Shown one piece after another: positions 37,356-45,765 of a DNA stretch of 64,000 nucleotides. This stretch comes from a virus (lineage: Duplodnaviria; Caudoviricetes). Each line of letters begins with the position of its first letter. Within the stretch, counting starts at the first letter, position 1. A model generated the notes under the pieces. That model had not been told where the DNA came from, did not search any database, and worked only from the letters and a program-made list of their open reading frames with translations. A program made the translations under genes and the position numbers. The stretch is from IMG/VR virus record IMGVR_UViG_3300032292_000618, positions 78,783 to 142,782 of that record; one strand, written 5' to 3'.

Positions 37356-39254
37356 ATGGAAGTTACTAAGTTATTAAACTCTCCAAAAGAGGAAACAACT
37401 ACAACTCCAACCATAGTTGCTAAGACAACAAAAATAAAATCGCTTATTGCTATTAGTGTAGACACTAAAAAAACTTCTAAAAAATTGAGAACTATTTTTG
37501 AGAAAGGAGTTTATCAAAAGAAAACTCAACTATCAGTTCTAACTAGGTATAAAAAAAGATTAGATTCTATAGAAAAACAAGAAGAATCTAAGCAGAAAAA
37601 AACATTACGTAAAAAATTATCTCCTAAAAATGCTCTACCAGAATTTAAGAGTAACCTTTTTTCTGGACAAGATGATGTATTTAATAATCTTGCGCAACTA
37701 GCAGCATTTAAAGCATTCTTAAATTTTGGAAAGGGAGATATATTTACTGGACTTGGGCAATCATTACTTGCTGGAGGATTGTTACTTGCTCCAGCATTTA
37801 TAAAGGGTGCTGGTAGTGCTATGTTTGGAAGAACTCCAAAACCACAAAGAGGATTTGATGTTACTGGGAGAAGAGTTACTAGACCTGTTCAGCAAAGATA
37901 TTTGAGTAGATATGGTGAAGGTGCATTTAAAAATAGATTTGGAAAAGATGCATTAAAAACAGCAACTCAAGGATCAGAAGTAGCACAAACTGCAACAAAA
38001 GGAGCAAAAGTAGGAAAGGCATTTGGTAGATTTGGGGCAGCATTAATTCCTGGAGTTGGTGTTGCAGTTGGTGTTGCAGATGCTGCACTTAGAGCTCAAT
38101 CTGGAGATCAAACTGGATCTGCAATTGCTGGAACTGCTGCTGCTTTAGATGCTGCTGCAGCAGCAAGTGCTGTAACTGGAATTGGATTACCTGTTGCAGG
38201 GTTACTTTCTGTAGCATCTTTTGCTTTGGATGCAACTAATTTAATTAGAGATCTATCTGGAGCAAGTTCAAGAGAAGAAGAGAAAAATAAATTAGTACAA
38301 CCACAACAAACAAAAATAGAAGAACGACTAAAAGAAGAAACTCAAAAACAAAAAGAACAAACTAGAGCAAGTAGTTCTACTTTATCTTTTAAAACAACTC
38401 TTATAAGTTATGAAAAAGCATTAATAAAGTTTGATGAGTTTGTTAAAGGATTTAATGGCACTATGGGAATGAATGAACAACAAGTAAGAGAAACAGCAGC
38501 AAGAATTGAAGACTTGGGTGGTGGGTCAACTCCAATTTCAGCAGCAGGATATGAATTTACAAATGAATCATCATTCTCTCAGTATTTGACTGGAGATCCA
38601 AATGCTCCTGGTGGAGCATATGATCCATCTCATGGAACAGTATCTAATTATCATGATCATTTGGCATTTAAAGATGTAGAAACTACAAGAAGAGCATACA
38701 ATTTCTTACAGAGTAAGGGAATTCAGGTTACTGAACTTGGGGTAACATCTGGACACACAGCAGGATCTGCTCATTATGAGGGACGTGCTTTTGATGTTCC
38801 TGGGGCACAGTGGGGAGGAAGTCCAGGAAGTCCTATAGGACAAAGAGAATATGCAGGATCTGCAAAAGTCAGGGCATTTATGAATGACTTCTACAATTTA
38901 GAAAGACAAAGATCTAGAGGTCCTGATGCTGTTCCAACACCTAGAACTTCTGGTACTCCTCAACCACCTAGACCTTCTGGTACTCCTCAACCACCTAGAC
39001 CTGTTCAATCAAGACCATCCACTTTACAACAATTACAAGATCTAGGAATCCCAGTTCAATCTTCTAATGTTGAACCAATAAAAAGAAATCCTATTGCATC
39101 AGCAATTAATTCTCCAATGACAAGATCCATCACTGTTCCATTTCCACTACCACCTCAACCTCAACAGTTGGCTATGGGAGCATCACCACAGATGCCTCTA
39201 AATAATGGAAATAGTCTACTAGAAAGATCCATAATGTATAAGGCATTTTCATAA
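37356..39254 (+). CDS. Tape-measure-like virion protein with an M15/hedgehog-type Zn peptidase-like domain
   Basis: Ala/Gly-rich helices; GHTAGSAHYEGRAFDV (H-x6-D). Confidence 0.62.
   Translation: MEVTKLLNSPKEETTTTPTIVAKTTKIKSLIAISVDTKKTSKKLRTIFEKGVYQKKTQLSVLTRYKKRLDSIEKQEESKQKKTLRKKLSPKNALPEFKSNLFSGQDDVFNNLAQLAAFKAFLNFGKGDIFTGLGQSLLAGGLLLAPAFIKGAGSAMFGRTPKPQRGFDVTGRRVTRPVQQRYLSRYGEGAFKNRFGKDALKTATQGSEVAQTATKGAKVGKAFGRFGAALIPGVGVAVGVADAALRAQSGDQTGSAIAGTAAALDAAAAASAVTGIGLPVAGLLSVASFALDATNLIRDLSGASSREEEKNKLVQPQQTKIEERLKEETQKQKEQTRASSSTLSFKTTLISYEKALIKFDEFVKGFNGTMGMNEQQVRETAARIEDLGGGSTPISAAGYEFTNESSFSQYLTGDPNAPGGAYDPSHGTVSNYHDHLAFKDVETTRRAYNFLQSKGIQVTELGVTSGHTAGSAHYEGRAFDVPGAQWGGSPGSPIGQREYAGSAKVRAFMNDFYNLERQRSRGPDAVPTPRTSGTPQPPRPSGTPQPPRPVQSRPSTLQQLQDLGIPVQSSNVEPIKRNPIASAINSPMTRSITVPFPLPPQPQQLAMGASPQMPLNNGNSLLERSIMYKAFS
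38940..39001 (+). repeat. 27-bp tandem repeat encoding PR(T/P)SGTPQP
   Basis: CCTAGA(A/C)CTTCTGGTACTCCTCAACCA twice plus a partial copy. Confidence 0.85.
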
Positions 39255-40534
39255 TGGCATCATATTTTAATTACAAAATATTAGAATTTTCAGTAGAAAT
39301 ATCAGAAGGGAAATTCATTTCTTTATTGGAAACTGTTGCATCAATAGAGTATGTGGAAAATATATTATCTCCAGTAGTGTATGTGAATTTGGTATTGCTT
39401 AATACTAGTGGCATTATTTCTAATTTAAAATTGAGAGGAGGAGAAAAAGTAAGACTGCATGTATCTCAACCTGCCACAGGTAAAAAAATTCTATTTGATG
39501 AGACAAGTAAAGTATTTTACATAAGCAGAATAGGTGGATCTAGTACGCAATCAACAAAGGAACTTCTTTCCATGGAGTTAGTTCCCAGAGAACTTTTAAC
39601 TAATGAAACTGCTAGAGTCTTCAGAAGATACGATAAGACTATTGATAAAACTGTTGTAAAAATATTAACAGAGGAGTTAAAGACTTCAAGATTTAGTTCT
39701 TCCACTATTGATTCTACAGTAAATTCCTATTCTTTTATGGGCAATGCCAGAAAACCATTTACTGTTTTGACATGGTTGTTGCCAAAAGGAATCCCACAAA
39801 CTTCCTCAGGATCTTCTGGATCTGAAAAAGGAACTGCTGGATATCTATTTTATGAAAATAAAAATGGATATAATTACAAGAGTGTAGATTTTCTTTTTTC
39901 TCCTGATAGACAACCTGCTGAGAAATATTTTTACAGTGAAACTGTTTTAACTCCAGCAGACTCTAGATTAAATTTTAAGATGATAACCACTCCAGTTTTT
40001 AGTAAGAATGTAGATATAATAGACAATTTAAAAGTTGGAATGTATTCTAGTTTGAATTACTTTCTAGATTTTAATTCTAGAAAATTTTATGTGAACAAAT
40101 ATAAGTTATCAGAAAGTTATAATACAATGAATCATGCAAGCAATAAAGATGCATCTCCAATAATTCCAAATGGTCTCCAAGATTCTCCATCTAGATTGAT
40201 GGTTAGGATGTTGGATAATGGGCAAATGAATAAAAGTGGAAAATTAGAAACTACTGATAATAGAATGAAGTACCAGGCTCAAAGTGTCACTAGATATAAT
40301 TTATTGTTTAGTCAAACGTTAAATATAACTATACCATTAAATTTAAACTTGTGCGTTGGGGATGTTATTGAACTAGAATTTCCAAATATAACAAAAGACA
40401 AAGACAAAAAAGGATTAAAGGATAACAGTAAATCTGGCAAATATTTGATAAGTAAATTAAAGCATTCACTAGAAGGCGTAAAAGGTCTTACTGGATTAGA
40501 ACTACTAAGAGATTCTTATGGAGTAGCAAAATGA
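39254..40534 (+). CDS. Baseplate hub protein (gp27 / late control D-like)
   Basis: YVENILSP...GGEKV...GYLFYENKNGYNYKS...VGDVIEL...SGKYLISKLKH...RDSYG; lies before gp5. Confidence 0.72.
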   Translation: MASYFNYKILEFSVEISEGKFISLLETVASIEYVENILSPVVYVNLVLLNTSGIISNLKLRGGEKVRLHVSQPATGKKILFDETSKVFYISRIGGSSTQSTKELLSMELVPRELLTNETARVFRRYDKTIDKTVVKILTEELKTSRFSSSTIDSTVNSYSFMGNARKPFTVLTWLLPKGIPQTSSGSSGSEKGTAGYLFYENKNGYNYKSVDFLFSPDRQPAEKYFYSETVLTPADSRLNFKMITTPVFSKNVDIIDNLKVGMYSSLNYFLDFNSRKFYVNKYKLSESYNTMNHASNKDASPIIPNGLQDSPSRLMVRMLDNGQMNKSGKLETTDNRMKYQAQSVTRYNLLFSQTLNITIPLNLNLCVGDVIELEFPNITKDKDKKGLKDNSKSGKYLISKLKHSLEGVKGLTGLELLRDSYGVAK

Positions 40535-40749
40535 ATCACAAATCAATTCAAGATCACATAGATCAGGACATTAAACAACTTTCGGATCCTTTGATAAATT
40601 CTCAAAGAAAAAGGCATCTTGAAAGTGAGTTGGATGAACTCAATAGATATAGAGTGACTCATCCAAATGATGATCATGATCCAACCCCCTTTGAATTATA
40701 TTGTAATGACAATCCAGGTTCACTAGAATGTAAAATTTACGATCTATAA
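40531..40749 (+). CDS. cp12: CP12 Calvin-cycle inhibitor (C-terminal Cys pair only)
   Basis: DPTPFELYCNDNPGSLECKIYD, the CP12 C-terminal motif. Confidence 0.9.
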   Translation: MNHKSIQDHIDQDIKQLSDPLINSQRKRHLESELDELNRYRVTHPNDDHDPTPFELYCNDNPGSLECKIYDL

Positions 40750-42845
40750 TGTTATTAGAACAAAGTTTAGTTAATCCAAATTTTATTGGTAAAGATTCTT
40801 TTAGGTGGTTTGTCGGTCAGGTAACTAAATTTAAAAATACCGATAACGGATATAAAGTAAAGGTTAGAGTTATTGGATACCATCCTGATGCTGCTAGTCT
40901 GGTCAAAGATGAAGATCTCCCTTGGGCTCATGTCTTAGTACCATTAAACATGGGTGCTGGTGAAGGTGGTACTGGAGTAAGTTTTAACCCAAGAGGATCA
41001 GAGACAGTAATTGGATTTTTTGCTGATGGAGAAGATGGTCAGCAACCAGTTGTAATAGGTGCTCTTTTTTCTGGAGCTACTATTGTTCACCCAAATGGAT
41101 GGAATGTTGGAACTAATGGGTTTAAACCATTTAAAGCAGAGCCAGGATCACAACCTAATCAAAGCAATGTTGTAGCAGAAACTGGAAAACCACCTGGAGA
41201 TAGTGGAACTATTCCAAATGCAGATGGAACTATCACTGATAAGGATGGAAAAAATAAAGAAACACAAAGACAAAAAACAGCAGCATCTAATGAGAGTCAA
41301 GTAGTAACTATAGTTCCTTCATGTAAGAGTAGTGAAGATATCTTTGGAAAAATAGCACAAGCTTTAAGAAAATTCGTAAAAATATTAAACACTGTTACTA
41401 ATTTTGCAGATACTTATATAAATCCAGTTCTGAATTATATTCAAGACATTCCATCTTTAATTTTTGAAATAGCAACAGCAGTTTCTGATGGCATTTCAAA
41501 TTATATTAAAATAGTAAGAGACACTATTATTTCAGAAATATATGATAAGTTGAAGGGTATTATAGAAGGATTCCTTCCTAAAGATTTAATATTAATTAAA
41601 AAAATAGCTACTGATAAAATAGTAGATGGAATTTGGTGCCTTTTTCAAAATATTCTTAAAAAATTATTTAAATTTGTGTTTGATTTTCTGTTTGGAATGA
41701 TTGGAAAGGTGGTATCCATTCCACTTTGTGCAGCAGAAAGTTTCATTGGAAGTATTATGCAATCTCTTGCTAATGAGATTGCGGAAAATATAGGTCCAGC
41801 ATTAGATGAAATCACTTCAGTTCTTGGGGAAGGGATTGGAACAATTGCATCATATATTGGAAAGGCAATAGGGTATGCAAGATTAGCTTTATCATTCTTA
41901 ACTTGTGAGAATGCAGAGTGTCAAGCAGTTTTTGATTATGAGATGAATAAAGGATATGTTCCAAAGGGTGATGTTAACTTTGCCAAAATTTTAAATTATA
42001 GTCCTGCTCAAGGGGTTAGAAATTTATTCAATGATGGAGCATCCCAATCTAAAATTTGGTTGGGTTCTGTTGGAGTAGGTGAAGGAGTTACCGCAGAGGC
42101 AATTGAGCAGTTTAATTCTGGTTTAGGTTTTGGATTAAGTATTGTTGGTGGTTGTGATGCTTCTATTCTTGATTGTGGATTCCCTAAAGTTACTATATTT
42201 GGAGGAGGGGGATCTGGTGCTTCAGGAAGTGTCATTGTAGATACTTTTGGACAAATTCTTGGAGTTAATATTTTAGATCCAGGATCTGGATATACATCAG
42301 CACCTTATATTTCTATAGATGATAATTGTGAAACTGGATCTGGGGCAAGAGCATATTCTACATTAGGTACAAATGGATCAATTAATACAATAGTAATGAC
42401 ATATCCAGGATCTGGGTATATTGGACCAGATAGTGTTTCTACTGGAACTGGAACTGCTACTGGATCTGATGGGATTGAAGTAGATCCTTGTGATGTAAAT
42501 CCAGTTGATGAAAATGGTAATGAAGTTGTGGCATTTATTAAAGATGTTATAGTTTTAAATACAGGAATTTCTTACAAGACTACAGATAAAATAACAAATT
42601 CAATTTGTAATACTGATGTAGAAATTTATCCCAAAACAGATCCTGATGGTAGAATAATAGGAGTAAACATAGTAAATCCTGGAACTGCAATTAGAGTCTA
42701 TCCAGAATTGACAATAAATACTGAGGATGGTTTTGGTGCTACTTTACTTCCAATTTTAGAGTTTAGACCTATAAAACCCGTGTCTATAGAAACTGATAGA
42801 CAAAAAGTTGAACAAGTAATTCTTTGTGCAGAAGAACATGAGTGA
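40749..42845 (+). CDS. gp5: Baseplate hub / central spike N-terminal part (OB fold) with extensions
   Basis: FRWFVGQV...KVRVIGYH...LPWAHV...VIGFFADGEDGQQPVVIG. Confidence 0.85.
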   Translation: MLLEQSLVNPNFIGKDSFRWFVGQVTKFKNTDNGYKVKVRVIGYHPDAASLVKDEDLPWAHVLVPLNMGAGEGGTGVSFNPRGSETVIGFFADGEDGQQPVVIGALFSGATIVHPNGWNVGTNGFKPFKAEPGSQPNQSNVVAETGKPPGDSGTIPNADGTITDKDGKNKETQRQKTAASNESQVVTIVPSCKSSEDIFGKIAQALRKFVKILNTVTNFADTYINPVLNYIQDIPSLIFEIATAVSDGISNYIKIVRDTIISEIYDKLKGIIEGFLPKDLILIKKIATDKIVDGIWCLFQNILKKLFKFVFDFLFGMIGKVVSIPLCAAESFIGSIMQSLANEIAENIGPALDEITSVLGEGIGTIASYIGKAIGYARLALSFLTCENAECQAVFDYEMNKGYVPKGDVNFAKILNYSPAQGVRNLFNDGASQSKIWLGSVGVGEGVTAEAIEQFNSGLGFGLSIVGGCDASILDCGFPKVTIFGGGGSGASGSVIVDTFGQILGVNILDPGSGYTSAPYISIDDNCETGSGARAYSTLGTNGSINTIVMTYPGSGYIGPDSVSTGTGTATGSDGIEVDPCDVNPVDENGNEVVAFIKDVIVLNTGISYKTTDKITNSICNTDVEIYPKTDPDGRIIGVNIVNPGTAIRVYPELTINTEDGFGATLLPILEFRPIKPVSIETDRQKVEQVILCAEEHE

Positions 42846-43398
42846 ACCACAACCAGGATATGTATTTAATGATTCTAGATTTGGATCTTTGTTCATTGGA
42901 TCAGACAAAGGTGCAAAAGTAAAAAGACCTAGACAAGTAGAACTTCATTCAGCATCAAATGCTCATTTAAAATTATTTGATGATGGTGGATTTGAGTTAA
43001 CTAGTAATCCTACAGCAAGAGAATCTGATAATATTAATAGCAATTCTAAAGATGGATTAAATATACAAGGAAATAATATCAGAATTGATGCTAGAAATGG
43101 AGAACTTACATTAGCAGCAAGAGTCATTAGGTTTGAATCTTCTGCTAGTGATCAAACTTTGGTCTTTAGATCTTCTAATAACATTGAGATAGAAGCAGCA
43201 GACACAGTAAGAATATGTGCTGCTAATATTGCAATTGGTGCTAAAAATAAACTGATACTTTCAAGCAAAGGTCCTACATACATTAGAGGTACTGGTGGAG
43301 TTACCATCATAGAACCTAGATCTAAATTAATTCCAACTAGTCTTAATGAACTAGTAGAAAAAATTATAGAAACTATTTTACCTGATGCTGGTTGTTAA
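42838..43398 (+). CDS. Spike beta-helix-like protein (gp5 C-terminal-like)
   Basis: Short beta repeats (IRIDARNGELTLAARVI...NIEIEAAD); follows gp5. Confidence 0.6.
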   Translation: MSEPQPGYVFNDSRFGSLFIGSDKGAKVKRPRQVELHSASNAHLKLFDDGGFELTSNPTARESDNINSNSKDGLNIQGNNIRIDARNGELTLAARVIRFESSASDQTLVFRSSNNIEIEAADTVRICAANIAIGAKNKLILSSKGPTYIRGTGGVTIIEPRSKLIPTSLNELVEKIIETILPDAGC

Positions 43399-43400
43399 TT

Positions 43401-44096
43401 ATGGCAATTATTAATACCGTAGAAACAGAAGGGATGCAGGCTGGATTAGCAGCAGCACCTCCTTTAGCTACTGTTGACATTTGGCAAAGTCTAGATCCAA
43501 TTAGACCTTTTGCACTACAAACAACAGGAATTAATCAACTCAATGGATTAACTAATCAAATTGGAACACATAATGCATTTGGATTATCTAATGCTTTTGG
43601 GGCACATTTAAAATTTGGCACTAGTACTTCTTTTGGGTTGAAAGGAGACCTTGGAATTAAGGCAGATGCTATTATCAAAAAATTTGAAGCAACTCCTGGT
43701 TGGAGTGCAGCATCTCCACTTGGAAAGTTTTTTGGTAAATTTGATGTTATTGGGTCATTAACAGAAAATGGTACAGCAGTCAGATTAGTTTCTGATGGTA
43801 GATTAAAAACTAATATTACTCCACTTAAAAATTCTTTGAGTAAGATTTTAAGTCTTCAAGGAGTTGAATATGATAGAATTAAAAATAACAACCATGAAGT
43901 TGGAATGATAGCTCAAGAAGTGGAAAAAATAATACCAGAATTAGTAGTAGAAAATTCTGAAGGATATAAAATGATCTATTATGAAAATTTAAGTGCAGTG
44001 TTAGTAGAAGCAATTAAAGAGCAGCAAGAACAAATCAATACCTTGAAGCAGACAGTTCAGGAACTGTCCACTAAGTTGGCAGAGTGCTGCCCTTGA
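43401..44096 (+). CDS. Beta-repeat spike/fibre protein with a C-terminal peptidase S74 intramolecular chaperone
   Basis: SDGRLKTNI...LQGVEY...VGMIAQEVEKIIPELV...LVEAIKE; N-terminal 6-residue G-x5 repeats. Confidence 0.8.
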   Translation: MAIINTVETEGMQAGLAAAPPLATVDIWQSLDPIRPFALQTTGINQLNGLTNQIGTHNAFGLSNAFGAHLKFGTSTSFGLKGDLGIKADAIIKKFEATPGWSAASPLGKFFGKFDVIGSLTENGTAVRLVSDGRLKTNITPLKNSLSKILSLQGVEYDRIKNNNHEVGMIAQEVEKIIPELVVENSEGYKMIYYENLSAVLVEAIKEQQEQINTLKQTVQELSTKLAECCP

Positions 44097-44105
44097 TGCT
44101 ATAAT
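44051..44105 (+). promoter_or_regulatory. Early promoter with an upstream inverted repeat
   Basis: GACAGTT-CAGG-AACTGTC, then TTGGCA-N18-TATAAT with extended -10 TG. Confidence 0.6.
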
Positions 44106-44133
44106 GGTAGGGTAAGCAAGACCAGTACCTACC

Positions 44134-44304
44134 ATGCAGATTGATCGCACCCAACTTGATGAACTCAATGGCATTCTTGAAGATGTTGCCTCTCATTTCT
44201 GTGAAGAAAATATGGTGAGTGGCGAAACTTTTTGGACTTGTGTTGAAGCATTTGCTCAAGCAAAACTTGCAGAACTTCGTGGTGAGTTGGTATATGAGGG
44301 TTGA
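44134..44304 (+). CDS. Hypothetical acidic protein, 56 aa (MQIDRTQLDELNGILEDVASHFC...)
   Basis: Hand translation; follows the promoter. Confidence 0.7.
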   Translation: MQIDRTQLDELNGILEDVASHFCEENMVSGETFWTCVEAFAQAKLAELRGELVYEG

Positions 44305-44329
44305 CTTGGTAAGGTGTTTGTGGTATAAT
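44301..44329 (+). promoter_or_regulatory. Sigma70 promoter for tRNA-Leu
   Basis: TTGACT-N17-TATAAT with TG extension; hairpin GGAGAGGA-TTTT-TCCTCTCC at 44352-44371 in the leader. Confidence 0.8.
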
Positions 44330-44376
44330 ATTTTAGTGTGAAGGAAGTGCTGGAGAGGATTTTTCCTCTCCATTCT

Positions 44377-44459
44377 GGGAGCGTGGTGAAATTGGTAAAC
44401 ACACGACACTTAAAATGTCGCGGGCATTGCCCTTGTCGGTTCAATTCCGACCGTTCCTA
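44377..44459 (+). tRNA. trnL: tRNA-Leu(UAA)
   Basis: Acceptor GGGAGCG/CGTTCCT, anticodon arm CGACA-CTTAAAA-TGTCG, long variable arm GGGC-ATT-GCCC, T-arm GTCGG-TTCAATT-CCGAC; no intron. Confidence 0.94.
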
Positions 44460-44504
44460 TTGTGTAATATGGGTTATAAATAACTAATAGTTATCTGGAA
44501 CCTA

Positions 44505-44831
44505 ATGCCTTACAAAGACAAAGATAAACAAAAAGAATATCAAAAAATTTGGGCACAACAAAATATCAAACCAAAATCACAACAAACTGGTTGGATAAAA
44601 AGAAAAGAAATAGTGCAACAAGCAAAAAATAAACCTTGTTGTTGTTGTGGTGTTGAATACAATTCAGTTGTGATGGATTTGCATCACAAAGACCCATCTA
44701 TCAAAGATGCTCACATAAGTAAACTTATGAAATCTTGTTCTTACCAAAAATTACAAGAAGAAATTGATAAGTGTGTTGTTCTTTGTGCTAACTGCCATCG
44801 TATGATACATGCAAATTTAATTGAATTGTAG
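44505..44831 (+). CDS. HNH endonuclease
   Basis: PCCCCG...DLHHKDP...EEIDKCVVLCANCHRMIH; TATAAATA at 44475-44482. Confidence 0.88.
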   Translation: MPYKDKDKQKEYQKIWAQQNIKPKSQQTGWIKRKEIVQQAKNKPCCCCGVEYNSVVMDLHHKDPSIKDAHISKLMKSCSYQKLQEEIDKCVVLCANCHRMIHANLIEL

Positions 44832-44903
44832 CAAACTAAAATCAACTTTTAATTCCAAAAATACCCTCGAAAAATCTCCAGGAAAAAATTGCCTGTAGGG
44901 TTT

Positions 44904-45695
44904 TTATAACCATTCTTCATTAGCAGGGTCTTGGAAGAAACTTATAATAGTATTGCTAGTTGCAATTTCTGCATTTAATTCTTCTTTTTGTCTATCAAAC
45001 CCATATTTTCTAATTTCAAATCTTGACCTTTCTTTTTTCAAATAATTTACTTTTGTGATTAAATCATTTCTTTCAGTTTGAAGAGGTGTTATTTGAGAAG
45101 TTAGATTTGTTATTGAGGTTGCATATCCAGTACAATCAGTTACTCCAGGACAAACTGGAAGAGTTGTTCTTGCAATTCCAACATTTCCATAATAGACCCC
45201 AAGAGAAGATTGTCCTACCAAATCTTCAGTTCCTATACCTACATTTACAGATGTTAAAGATCCATTAATTTCTGCAAATGGATTTGGAGATGTGTATGAA
45301 TATCCTCTGTATGGAATAGTATCTGCATACACAGTGATTGTATTAATACCAAGAAAGAATGGAGTATAAGTGAATGGAAATATTCCTGAAGTGCTAAATC
45401 CTGTAGCTCCTCCACAACCACAATCATTAGCAGTTTGCCCAACATCTAAAATGGTGTTTTGAAGTCCTACAATTTTTGCATTTATTTCAACTATTTTATT
45501 ATCTATTTTTTTAATTGGAGCATCAAAATAGTCTAATGTTTCTTGCACTCCATATAACCTAAACTCTTCCCCATTAGATAGTGTAGAGGTAAATCCGTTT
45601 TCTGTGTATATTACTTGTTGTATTTGCTCTGTATCAGATTCTACTTTTTGTTGATATAACGATATCAATGCTTCAGTACTAGTGCTAATTGCCAT
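44904..45695 (-). CDS. Hypothetical virion-associated coiled-coil protein
   Basis: 263-aa ORF with heptad segments; divergent late promoter upstream. Confidence 0.7.
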   Translation of the reverse strand: MAISTSTEALISLYQQKVESDTEQIQQVIYTENGFTSTLSNGEEFRLYGVQETLDYFDAPIKKIDNKIVEINAKIVGLQNTILDVGQTANDCGCGGATGFSTSGIFPFTYTPFFLGINTITVYADTIPYRGYSYTSPNPFAEINGSLTSVNVGIGTEDLVGQSSLGVYYGNVGIARTTLPVCPGVTDCTGYATSITNLTSQITPLQTERNDLITKVNYLKKERSRFEIRKYGFDRQKEELNAEIATSNTIISFFQDPANEEWL

Positions 45696-45718
45696 AAATT
45701 ACAAAATCTAGATAACAG

Positions 45719-45735
45719 TATTTATTGATAAATAA
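45719..45735. promoter_or_regulatory. Back-to-back T4-type late promoters
   Basis: TATTTAT-TG-ATAAATA between divergent genes. Confidence 0.7.
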
Positions 45736-45765
45736 GACAGAAGAAAAATAGCAGGATACTCTACA

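Noticed and set aside
44071-44444. Minus-strand ORFs 44071-44409 and 44256-44444
   Set aside because: Antisense to a promoter-ORF-tRNA unit that is well supported on the plus strand
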